Below, one piece after another: positions 10,109-17,946 of a DNA stretch of 32,000 nt. This DNA comes from Candidatus Johnevansia muelleri (lineage in GTDB: Bacteria; Pseudomonadota; Gammaproteobacteria; Johnevansiales; Johnevansiaceae). Each line of letters opens with the position of its first letter. The first letter of the stretch is position 1. Both the position numbers and the translations under genes were made by a program. The stretch lies in the NCBI GenBank assembly GCA_000953435.1, contig LM655252.1, positions 180,001 to 212,000 of the forward strand. Direction: 5' to 3'. Below the pieces are notes generated by a model, which was given only the letters and a program-made list of their open reading frames with translations, had not been told where the DNA came from and made no database searches.

Positions 10109-12007
10109 TTAAATAGAATCATTTAATAATAAATTATTAATACGTTTTATATAATTAACAGGATCTTCTAAAGTTCCACCTTTAGCAAGTATAGCTTGAT
10201 TAAATAATACTTCTATTAAATCATTAAACTTTTGATCAATATTTTTTTCTAGTTTAATAATAATTAAATGTTGTGGATTAATTTCAAAAATCGGTTTAGT
10301 ATTTGGTAGAATTTGATTAGCTGCTTCCATAATACGTCTCATTTGAAATCCCATATCTTTTTCTGATATAACTATACATGCAGGAGAATCAACTAAACGA
10401 TGTGTAAAACGAACATCTGCAACTCGGTCACCTAAAACTTTTTTTATTCTTGAAATTAAATTTTCTTTAGATTTGGTATGTTCAATCAAATTTTTTTTTT
10501 CTTTATCATCTTCAATATTACCTAAATCTAGATCTCCTTTACTAATATCAGAAAATTTTTTATTTTTAAATTCTGTTAGATGATTCATCATAACCCATTC
10601 ATCAATACGGTCAACTAATAATAAAACTTCAATACCCTTTTTTCTAAAAATTTCAATGTGTGGACTATTACATGCAGACTTAAATGAATCAGATACAACA
10701 TAGTAAATTTTATGCTGACCTTCTTTCATACGACTAATATAATTATCTAAAGTTTGATTTTGAATATGTTTATCATTGTAAGTAGTATAAAATCTCAATA
10801 GTGAAGCAATATTTGCATGATTTACATAATCTTCTGATAAACCTTCTTTTAATATACTACCAAATTGATCAAAAAATTTTTGATAATTTTTTTCATCTTT
10901 AGCAAGTTTATTAAACATATCAAGAACACGTTTAGTTAATGCACTCTTTATTTTTTCAACTTGAGGATTTTTTTGAAGTATTTCTCTTGATACATTGATT
11001 GATAGATCATTTGAATCAATAACTCCTTTTATAAATCGCAGATAAATTGGTAAAAATTGATCAATATTATCCATTATAAATATACGTTGTACATATAACT
11101 TAAGTCCCCTTATTCCTTCTTTTTGATAAATATCAATAGGTGCGCGTGAAGGTAAATATAAAAGGCTTGTATATTCTAAATTACCTTCAACTTTATTGTG
11201 ACTCCAAGTTAATGGCTCCATGTAATCATTTGTTATGTGCTTATAAAAATTTTTGTATTCATCATCGCTAATTTCATTTTTATTTTTTTTCCATAATGCG
11301 TTAGCTTCATTAACACTTAACCATGTAGGTAAGTTTTTTCCATATTTATCTTTAATTTTACTATTTTGTACAGTTATCATTTTAACAGGAATATTTATAT
11401 GATCTGAGTATTTTTTTATTATCTCTTTTATTTTATATTCTTCAGAAAATTCTTTTGCATTATTTTTAAGTTTAAGTATTATTTCTGTACCATGTTTATT
11501 TAGCATAAGAGGTTCAATACTAAATTCACCTTCTCCTTTTGAATACCATTGCGTTCCATTTTTAAATTTTGTACCAGCTAACCTAGTTCTTACCGTAACC
11601 TCAGAAGATACAATAAATGCTGAATAGAAACCAACACCAAATTGACCAATTAATTTAGCATCTTTTTTTTGCTGCTCAGAAAGTTTTGCTAGAAAATCTG
11701 CAGTACCAGATTTAGCTATAGTCCCCAAATTAGATATAACTTCTTCTTTGGTCATACCTATTCCGTTATCGCGTATTACTAATATATTATTTTTATTATT
11801 GACTTCTATTTCAATAAATAAATTCTGATCACCTTCATAAAGTGCGTCATTATTAAGTGCATTATAATGAAGTTTATCACAAGCATCTACAGCATTAGAT
11901 ATCAATTCACGTATAAAAATCTCTCTATTTGAATAAAGTGAATTAATCATTAAATGCAATAATTGTTTTACTTCTGTTTGAAAAGACAAAAATTTTTTTT
12001 TATACAT
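10109..12007 (-). CDS. htpG: Molecular chaperone HtpG (Hsp90 family)
   Basis: 632 aa. It contains FQTEVKQLLHLMINSLYSNREIFIRELISNAVDACDKL and GQFGVGFYSAF. Its stop codon directly abuts the aroC start, with no spacer. Confidence 0.95.
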   Translation of the reverse strand: MYKKKFLSFQTEVKQLLHLMINSLYSNREIFIRELISNAVDACDKLHYNALNNDALYEGDQNLFIEIEVNNKNNILVIRDNGIGMTKEEVISNLGTIAKSGTADFLAKLSEQQKKDAKLIGQFGVGFYSAFIVSSEVTVRTRLAGTKFKNGTQWYSKGEGEFSIEPLMLNKHGTEIILKLKNNAKEFSEEYKIKEIIKKYSDHINIPVKMITVQNSKIKDKYGKNLPTWLSVNEANALWKKNKNEISDDEYKNFYKHITNDYMEPLTWSHNKVEGNLEYTSLLYLPSRAPIDIYQKEGIRGLKLYVQRIFIMDNIDQFLPIYLRFIKGVIDSNDLSINVSREILQKNPQVEKIKSALTKRVLDMFNKLAKDEKNYQKFFDQFGSILKEGLSEDYVNHANIASLLRFYTTYNDKHIQNQTLDNYISRMKEGQHKIYYVVSDSFKSACNSPHIEIFRKKGIEVLLLVDRIDEWVMMNHLTEFKNKKFSDISKGDLDLGNIEDDKEKKNLIEHTKSKENLISRIKKVLGDRVADVRFTHRLVDSPACIVISEKDMGFQMRRIMEAANQILPNTKPIFEINPQHLIIIKLEKNIDQKFNDLIEVLFNQAILAKGGTLEDPVNYIKRINNLLLNDSI

Positions 12008-12121
12008 AAATTTTATTTATCCTTTTAAAAAGATTTTATAAATATATTTATTTTTAAAATATATATATTTTATTATAATTTGATAGAAATATAATAAATT
12101 TTATTAAAAAATGGATAAGAA

Positions 12122-12325
12122 ATGGCAACTGGTACAGTTAAATGGTTTAATAATAATAAGGGTTATGGTTTTATTACTCCAGATTGTGGAGGAGATGATT
12201 TATTTGCACATTTTTCAGAAATTCAATCAGACGGGTTCAAATCTTTGGAAGATGGGCAAAAAGTATCTTTTGAAATAACAGAAGGAAAAAAAGGTCTACA
12301 AGCTTCTTCAATTAAAGTAATGTAA
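12122..12325 (+). CDS. cspA: Cold-shock protein, CspA family
   Basis: 67 aa. [15 protein letters not shown] (RNP1) and DLFAHF (RNP2) place it in the canonical CSD fold family. Confidence 0.9.
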   Translation: MATGTVKWFNNNKGYGFITPDCGGDDLFAHFSEIQSDGFKSLEDGQKVSFEITEGKKGLQASSIKVM

Positions 12326-12330
12326 TTAAA

Positions 12331-12391
12331 AAAAAGATAAGGTAGACAAATATTCTTTTAACCTATGAAGTAATAAAAAGATAAGGTAGAC
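12331..12391. repeat. Two exact 17-nt direct repeats (AAAAAGATAAGGTAGAC) 44 nt apart, immediately 3' of cspA
   Basis: The copies are at 12331-12347 and 12375-12391. The flanks are partly similar: (A)AGTAAT precedes both copies, and in the first copy this overlaps the last codons and stop of cspA. Confidence 0.85.
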
Positions 12392-12428
12392 TAAGATTTT
12401 TAGTTTTCCATAATCTTCTTTCAAATAT

Positions 12429-12502
12429 TAGGATCAAGCGGATTTGAACCGCTGACCACCACGATGTCAACGTGGTGCTCTAACCAACTGAGCTATGATC
12501 CT
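12429..12502 (-). tRNA. tRNA-Val (anticodon GAC)
   Basis: The reverse strand folds as a cloverleaf: AGGATCA-TA-GCTC-AGTTGGTTA-GAGC-A-CCACG-TTGACAT-CGTGG-TGGTC-AGCGG-TTCAAAT-CCGCT-TGATCCT-A. The acceptor stem has 7 perfect base pairs and the T-loop is canonical. No CCA is encoded. Confidence 0.9.
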
Positions 12503-13890
12503 TATTTTTTAATTGAAGGAATACCTCCAAGAGTTAATTTAGCAGGATCTAGATAACATTCTAGTGCTACACGGCTAAAATTAGTATCTTCATGAGCTAC
12601 ATCTATTATAAAACGTCCATTTTTATATGCTTTATTTGCTATTTTAGATGATTTTTCGTATCCAATAATAGTATTAAGTGCTGTAATTAGTACTGGATTT
12701 TTATTTATTGGTGCTTTTATTTTTTCTCTATGTATTTTAAATGTTTTTATACATTTATCTGCAAGTAAAATTGTTACATTACTAAGTATAGTAATAGATT
12801 CCAAAAGATTATTGGCAATCAATGGTAACATAACATTAAGTTGAAAGTTTCCAGATTGTCCGCCTATGGTAATTACAGTATCATTACCAATAACTTGGGC
12901 AGCCACTTGTGCTGCTGTTTCAGGAATTACTGGATTAACTTTTCCAGGCATAATTGAACTACCTGGTTGTAAAGCTTCAATCTCGATTTCAGAAAATCCT
13001 GAAATAGGTCCAGAATTCATTAACCGAAGATCATTACTAATTTTCATAAGCGCACAAGCAAAAGCTTTAAGATGACCAGACATTTCAACTGATGTATCTT
13101 GAGAAGATTGATTAGCAAAAAAATTTTTGCATAATTTGAAGCATAATCCCGTATCTTCAGATAATTTATCAATAATATTAGAAGCAAATTTAGGATGGGC
13201 ATTAATACCTGTACCTACTGCTGTACCTCCTTGAGAAATATTCATAAAACTGATTAGACAATGCTCAATACGCTCAATTGATTGATTAACCTGTTCAGCC
13301 CAACCATATAATTCCTGACTCATACGTATTGGCATTGCATCCATTAAGTGTGTACGTCCTGTTTTTACAACATCATCAACATATTTTGCCTTATATATAA
13401 TCACATTATGAATATGACGTAAAGCTGGTAATAATCGACCATTTATCTCTAAAACAGATGATATATTAATTGCACTAGGAATTGTATCATTACTACTTTG
13501 ACTCATATTAACATGATCATTAGCACTTATTTTTATTTTTTCACTATAAGCAAGGTAAGAAATAACTTCATTCACATTCATATTACTAGATGTACCTGAT
13601 CCTGTTTGAAAAACATCTATTGGAAAATGATCGTTATGATTACCCGCTATAATAGAATCGGCAGCAATGATAATGGAATTAGCACGAAGCTTATCTAATA
13701 ATCCAAGGTCACAATTTACATAAGCCGCAGCACGTTTAATACGTGCTATAGCATAAATAAATTGAATAGGTAGATTATGTCCACTAATATTAAAATTTTG
13801 TACTGCCCGCTGAGTTTGTGCTCCATAATATGCATTTGCAGGAACTTCAATATTACCCATACTATCAAATTCTATACGATTATTGCTCAC
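12502..13890 (-). CDS. fumC: Class II fumarate hydratase
   Basis: 462 aa. It contains EFDSMGNIEVPANAYYGAQTQRA and the fumarate-lyase signature GSSIMPGKVNP. Confidence 0.95.
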   Translation of the reverse strand: MSNNRIEFDSMGNIEVPANAYYGAQTQRAVQNFNISGHNLPIQFIYAIARIKRAAAYVNCDLGLLDKLRANSIIIAADSIIAGNHNDHFPIDVFQTGSGTSSNMNVNEVISYLAYSEKIKISANDHVNMSQSSNDTIPSAINISSVLEINGRLLPALRHIHNVIIYKAKYVDDVVKTGRTHLMDAMPIRMSQELYGWAEQVNQSIERIEHCLISFMNISQGGTAVGTGINAHPKFASNIIDKLSEDTGLCFKLCKNFFANQSSQDTSVEMSGHLKAFACALMKISNDLRLMNSGPISGFSEIEIEALQPGSSIMPGKVNPVIPETAAQVAAQVIGNDTVITIGGQSGNFQLNVMLPLIANNLLESITILSNVTILLADKCIKTFKIHREKIKAPINKNPVLITALNTIIGYEKSSKIANKAYKNGRFIIDVAHEDTNFSRVALECYLDPAKLTLGGIPSIKK

Positions 13891-14022
13891 TATGTAACCC
13901 TAAATTGATATTTACATTAAATGTTATTAACGTGCATACTTTTATCAATTGCCATGCGAATACAATTCTTAAATAACTATTTTATTAAAATTATAAATTG
14001 AATTATGAGGCTATATATATAA

Positions 14023-15672
14023 ATGAGAAAAATTTTAGTTACAAGTGCTTTTCCTTATGCAAATGGAGAACTTCATTTAGGTCATTTATTAGAATATGTG
14101 CAAACAGATATATGGGTTCGTTTTCAAAGAATACTAGGTAATATTTGTTATTATGTTTGTGCTGATGATACACATGGTGCAGCAATAATGCTTAGTGCCG
14201 AAAAAGAAGGAATTTCAATAAAAGAACTTATATATAGTATAATTAAACAACATAAGAATGATTTTACAACATTTGGAATCGTATTTGATAATTATCATTC
14301 AACAAATTCATATGAAAATAGAATAAATAGCGAGTCAATATATAATCGACTTTATGAAAGAGGACATATATTTACACGAGAAATTAAACAAATGTATGAT
14401 CCAATAAAGAAAATGTTTCTTGCTGATCGATTTATTAAGGGGAATTGTCCCAAATGTAATTCACAAAATCAATACGGAGATAATTGCGAAGTTTGTAGTG
14501 CTACTTATATGCCAATTGATCTTATTAATCCAATTTCTATAATTACAGGCGCTAAACCAATAATTAAAAAATCAAAACATTATTTTTTAAATATTAATAA
14601 TTTTTATAATTTTATAAAAATTTGGATTAATTATGCTGTCCAATCCCAAATAACTAATAAAATTAATGAATGGTTTAAAGTAGGATTAGAAAATTGGGAT
14701 ATATCTCGTGATGCACCTTATTTTGGATTTGATATTCCTTACACAAATGGAAAATATTTTTATGTATGGTTTGATGCACTTATTTGTTATTTAACTAGTT
14801 TTAAAAATTTATGCGATCGTAAAGGTATAGATTTTAATTATTTTTGGAATAAAAATTCTGATACAGAAATTTATCATTTTATTGGTAAGGATATTGTTTA
14901 TTTTCATACATTATTTTGGACTGCAATATTAAAAGGTACAGATTTACGTACTCCTACTGGTATTAATTGTCATGGATTTATAACTATAAACGGACAAAAA
15001 ATGTCAAAATCTAGAGGCACTTTCATAAAAGCAAATACATATGCAAAATTTTTAAATCCAGAATATTTACGTTATTATTTTGCAGCTAAACTAAATTCTA
15101 GAATTGACGACTTTGATATTAATTTTGAAGATTTTATTAAACGAGTAAACTCAGATTTAGTTGGTAAAATAATAAATATTGCTAGTAGGTGTGCTAAATT
15201 TATTAATAAATTAGGTTATAACAGATTATCTTGTAATATTGCTGAACCAGAACTAATTGCTTATTTTATAGATATAGGTGAACCTATTGCTAAATATTTT
15301 GAAAAAATTGAATTATCTTGTGCAATAAATTTAATTATTAAATTAGCAGATAAAGCTAATGCTTATATTTCTAATAAAGCTCCTTGGGACTTATATAAAA
15401 AGAAAGGTAATGAAAAAGAAATAATTGATATTTGTTCATTGGGTTTAAATTTATTTAGACAATTAATAATATATATTTCCCCTATTATTCCCAAACTAGC
15501 CACTAAAGCAAAAATATTTCTTAATATTAAAAGTATAGATTGGGAAAATAGAAAATTTTTATTAATTAATCATTTAATAAAAAAATTTCAACCAATTATA
15601 AAACGTATTAAATCTGAAAATCTTAAAAATTTAATGGAATATTCTATAAAAAAATATGTACACAAAAATTAA
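14023..15672 (+). CDS. metG: Methionyl-tRNA synthetase, short form without the C-terminal tRNA-binding/dimerisation domain
   Basis: 549 aa. It has a HIGH-type motif (YANGELHLGH), KMSKS (QKMSKSRG) and the zinc knuckle CPKCNSQNQYGDNCEVC. It ends soon after the anticodon-binding domain. Confidence 0.95.
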   Translation: MRKILVTSAFPYANGELHLGHLLEYVQTDIWVRFQRILGNICYYVCADDTHGAAIMLSAEKEGISIKELIYSIIKQHKNDFTTFGIVFDNYHSTNSYENRINSESIYNRLYERGHIFTREIKQMYDPIKKMFLADRFIKGNCPKCNSQNQYGDNCEVCSATYMPIDLINPISIITGAKPIIKKSKHYFLNINNFYNFIKIWINYAVQSQITNKINEWFKVGLENWDISRDAPYFGFDIPYTNGKYFYVWFDALICYLTSFKNLCDRKGIDFNYFWNKNSDTEIYHFIGKDIVYFHTLFWTAILKGTDLRTPTGINCHGFITINGQKMSKSRGTFIKANTYAKFLNPEYLRYYFAAKLNSRIDDFDINFEDFIKRVNSDLVGKIINIASRCAKFINKLGYNRLSCNIAEPELIAYFIDIGEPIAKYFEKIELSCAINLIIKLADKANAYISNKAPWDLYKKKGNEKEIIDICSLGLNLFRQLIIYISPIIPKLATKAKIFLNIKSIDWENRKFLLINHLIKKFQPIIKRIKSENLKNLMEYSIKKYVHKN

Positions 15673-16378
15673 TAAAGTTGATTCTGAATTACCTCAAATT
15701 CAATGCAAAAAATGTGGTTATTACGGTATTGTTAAAGGTGAAAAAATTAACAAATGTTCACCAGGGGGACAAAAACCAGTAAACGCAAAATTAATTAATA
15801 GTAATAAAATTATTATTGAAAAACCAGAGGAAGTCCCAAAAATAGCTTTAATTAGAGAAAATAAATGTATAGGATGTACTAAATGTCTTCGTGTTTGCCC
15901 AGTAGATGCAATTATAGGTACTAAAAAAAATATGCATACAGTAATTGAATTATTATGTACTGGTTGTGAATTATGTGTTACAGCTTGCCCTGTTAATTGT
16001 ATTGATATGATTATTAATCCACAATGGATTAAATCAAATAATATATATAAAAAAACAATTATAAATACACGTTATAATAATAGTATAAGTATATATAATC
16101 AAAAACAATCTATAAAAAATATAAAAATTTATAAAAAAAATAATAATAATTTTAATATTAATAAAATTGAACATATTAATAGATGTTACCATCAAGTACG
16201 AATTGCAATAATAGCTGTACAAAAATCAATAATTAATGCTGAACGTTATTTATCTATTTATAAAAAACACGAAATACTAAAAAAAGAAGCTAAAATAAAA
16301 TTACAGCATGCTTATTCAAATGAAAAAAAAGCTTTAAAAATATTGCATAATATGATTCCATATATTAATAATTTATAA
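15656..16378 (+). CDS. Stand-alone RnfB-like 2x[4Fe-4S] ferredoxin-domain protein with an N/K/I-rich C-terminal tail
   Basis: 240 aa. LPQIQCKKCGY...INKCSPGG resembles the RnfB N-terminal Fe-S motif. CIGCTKCLRVCPVDAI and CTGCELCVTACPVNCI are two classical CxxCxxCxxxCP ferredoxin motifs, as in the RnfB C-terminus. There is no N-terminal membrane helix. The ORF overlaps the metG 3' end by 17 nt. Confidence 0.7.
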   Translation: MYTKINKVDSELPQIQCKKCGYYGIVKGEKINKCSPGGQKPVNAKLINSNKIIIEKPEEVPKIALIRENKCIGCTKCLRVCPVDAIIGTKKNMHTVIELLCTGCELCVTACPVNCIDMIINPQWIKSNNIYKKTIINTRYNNSISIYNQKQSIKNIKIYKKNNNNFNINKIEHINRCYHQVRIAIIAVQKSIINAERYLSIYKKHEILKKEAKIKLQHAYSNEKKALKILHNMIPYINNL

Positions 16379-16400
16379 TGATATTCTAAACTTAATATAA

Positions 16401-16712
16401 TTATTTATTTTTTAGTAATCTTTTTAATGTTCCATTATTATACATTTCAGTAATTATATCACATCCTCCTATTAGGTCACCATTAATCCATAATTGAGGA
16501 AAAGTAGGCCAATTAGCATATTTAGGTAAGTCTAAACGAATAGAATGATTTTCTAATATATTTATATAAGAAAAATGTTTGCAACAAATATTTAATATTT
16601 GTACAGCTTTAGCTGAAAATCCACACTGAGGATTTTCTGGTGTACCTTTCATATAAAGTAAAACAGAATTATTTCTAATCTGATTTTTTATAATATCCAA
16701 AGTTTTTTTCAT
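16401..16712 (-). CDS. grxD: Monothiol glutaredoxin (Grx4 family)
   Basis: 103 aa. It has the CGFS active site (PQCGFS), WPTFPQLWINGDLIGGCDI and a typical length. Confidence 0.9.
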   Translation of the reverse strand: MKKTLDIIKNQIRNNSVLLYMKGTPENPQCGFSAKAVQILNICCKHFSYINILENHSIRLDLPKYANWPTFPQLWINGDLIGGCDIITEMYNNGTLKRLLKNK

Positions 16713-16780
16713 AATTTTAATCTTATATATTTAAACAAGTATAATTAATATTATTTAGTAATATTTTTTCTTAAAAGTTA

Positions 16781-16809
16781 TTGACATAAAATTAAAATTA
16801 AAATATACT
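16781..16809 (+). promoter_or_regulatory. Putative sigma70-type promoter for the tRNA-Cys/tRNA-Leu pair
   Basis: TTGACA (16781-16786), an exactly 17-nt spacer, then TATACT (16804-16809). The -10 element ends 11 nt before the tRNA-Cys 5' end. TA-rich hexamers are common here by chance, but a perfect TTGACA at the right spacing is not. Confidence 0.45.
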
Positions 16810-16820
16810 ATAAATATATT

Positions 16821-16891
16821 GGCTGGATGGCAGAGTGGTCATGCAGCGGACTGCAAATCCGTGTACGCCGGTTCGATTCCGACTCCAGCCT
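16821..16891 (+). tRNA. tRNA-Cys (anticodon GCA)
   Basis: The acceptor stem is GGCTGGA...TCCAGCC, the anticodon loop is CTGCAAA and the T-loop is TTCGATT. The discriminator is U, the known Cys identity base. It closely resembles E. coli cysT. No CCA is encoded. Confidence 0.9.
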
Positions 16892-16894
16892 ATT

Positions 16895-16979
16895 GCCCGA
16901 ATGGCGAAAATAGGTAGACGCAAGGGACTTAAAATCCCTCGCCCGATAGGGCGTGTCGGTTCAAATCCGACTTCGGGCA
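16895..16979 (+). tRNA. tRNA-Leu (anticodon UAA), class II with a long variable arm
   Basis: The sequence is GCCCGAA-TG-GCGAAAATAGGTAGACGC-AAGGGACTTAAAATCCCT-long arm-GTCGGTTCAAATCCGAC-TTCGGGC-A. It closely resembles E. coli leuZ and lies 3 nt downstream of tRNA-Cys, the cysT-leuZ arrangement. Confidence 0.9.
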
Positions 16980-17025
16980 TATTGTTTTGTTTTATATTTA
17001 ATTTAAATAAAAATGGAGGCTAATT

Positions 17026-17298
17026 TTGATATTTAATAAAGAAACTATAAATATGCTTCATTGGAGGTCTAGAAGAGGAATGCACGAATTAGATATATTA
17101 CTAATTTCATTTTTTGAAAATTGCTTTAATAAACTTTCTTTAAAAGATAAATTAGCTTATAAAGATTTATTGAAATATGAAGATAATGAAATTTTTAATT
17201 GGTTAATGTGTATTAACTCAAATAATGATATAAATTTAAAAAGGATAATTAATCACATTAAGAATTATGCTAAAACTTATAGGCCCAGTAGGACTTGA
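17026..17298 (+). CDS. sdhE: FAD assembly factor SdhE (YgfY/DUF339 family)
   Basis: 90 aa. HWRSRRGMHELDILLISFFE...LLKYEDNEIFNWL matches the SdhE RGxxE core. The start is TTG, preceded by a strong GGAGG at 17015-17019 with a 6-nt spacer. Confidence 0.75.
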   Translation: MIFNKETINMLHWRSRRGMHELDILLISFFENCFNKLSLKDKLAYKDLLKYEDNEIFNWLMCINSNNDINLKRIINHIKNYAKTYRPSRT

Positions 17299-17353
17299 AC
17301 CTACAACCAAAGGATTATGAGTCCTCTGCTCTAACCAATTGAGCTACGGGCCC
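17280..17353 (-). tRNA. tRNA with anticodon CAU; probably tRNA-Ile2 (lysidine-modified), elongator tRNA-Met not excluded
   Basis: The reverse strand reads GGGCCCG-TA-GCTC-AATTGGTTA-GAGC-A-GAGGA-CTCATAA-TCCTT-TGGTT-GTAGG-TTCAAGT-CCTAC-TGGGCCT-A. C4-G69 and C5-G68, plus overall similarity to E. coli ileX, favour Ile2. It lacks the initiator features (the 1-72 mismatch and 3 G-C pairs in the anticodon stem). Confidence 0.85.
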
Positions 17354-17416
17354 TAGAAATAAATTATACAATACATTTTAATAAAAAGTATTTTATTAAT
17401 TATTATAAATTATGTA

Positions 17417-17884
17417 TTAATAATTGTCTATTTTACGACGCATTTTAAAAAATTTTTTTAGTAAACGTTTAGATTTTATAGCTAGCAACCCACCTTCAAC
17501 ATTTATACAATGGTTATGCCAAGGTTGATTAATTAGATTAGCACGTGATTCAATCATGCCTGTTTTAGGATCTTTTGTACCATAAAATATACTTTTTATA
17601 CGTGCATTTATACTAGCACCAATGCACATCATACATGGCTCTAGTGTTACAAAAAGAGTGCATTCTAAAAGACGATAATTACTAATTATAGATGCAGCTT
17701 TTTTCATTGCTATAATTTCTGCATGTCCAGATGGATCTAAATTTTTTATCATTGCATTATATCCAGTACCAATAATTGTACCATTAGAATTTACTATTAC
17801 TGCACCTACAGGCACTTCGTTATATTTATAAGCTAACCATGCTTGATCAAGTGCTTTCTTCATATAAAAAGAATATATATGCAT
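17417..17884 (-). CDS. tadA: tRNA-specific adenosine(34) deaminase
   Basis: 155 aa. It has the CDA-fold zinc motifs HAEIIAM and PCMMCIGA. Its substrate, tRNA-Arg(ACG), is encoded in this window. Confidence 0.9.
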   Translation of the reverse strand: MHIYSFYMKKALDQAWLAYKYNEVPVGAVIVNSNGTIIGTGYNAMIKNLDPSGHAEIIAMKKAASIISNYRLLECTLFVTLEPCMMCIGASINARIKSIFYGTKDPKTGMIESRANLINQPWHNHCINVEGGLLAIKSKRLLKKFFKMRRKIDNY

Positions 17885-17946
17885 AATAATTAATTTTTAT
17901 TTATTAAATAATGTGTATATAAATATTAATATCAAAGGAATTTTTA

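Noticed and set aside
12008-12121. Looked for a sigma32 heat-shock promoter (CTTGAAA...CCCCAT) upstream of htpG and a long cspA 5'-UTR cold box
   Set aside because: There is no match to either consensus. The 114-bp spacer holds many TA-rich hexamers that cannot be told apart from background.
12866-13075. 69-aa plus-strand ORF
   Set aside because: It is antisense inside fumC, opposite the GSSIMPGKVNP region, so it is a shadow ORF.
16034-16222. 62-aa minus-strand ORF
   Set aside because: It is antisense to the low-complexity tail of the RnfB-like gene and consists of I/F/Y/N-only composition.
16798-17023. Two ORFs of 60 and 62 aa (16798..16980 minus strand, 16835..17023 plus strand)
   Set aside because: Both are read through the relatively GC-rich tRNA-Cys and tRNA-Leu genes. 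The tRNA cloverleaves explain the sequence.
17366-17395. 9-bp A/T-only hairpin (TTAATAAAA-AGTA-TTTTATTAA) between tadA and tRNA(CAU), considered as a terminator
   Set aside because: The stem has no G-C pairs and very low predicted stability, and is indistinguishable from compositional noise.
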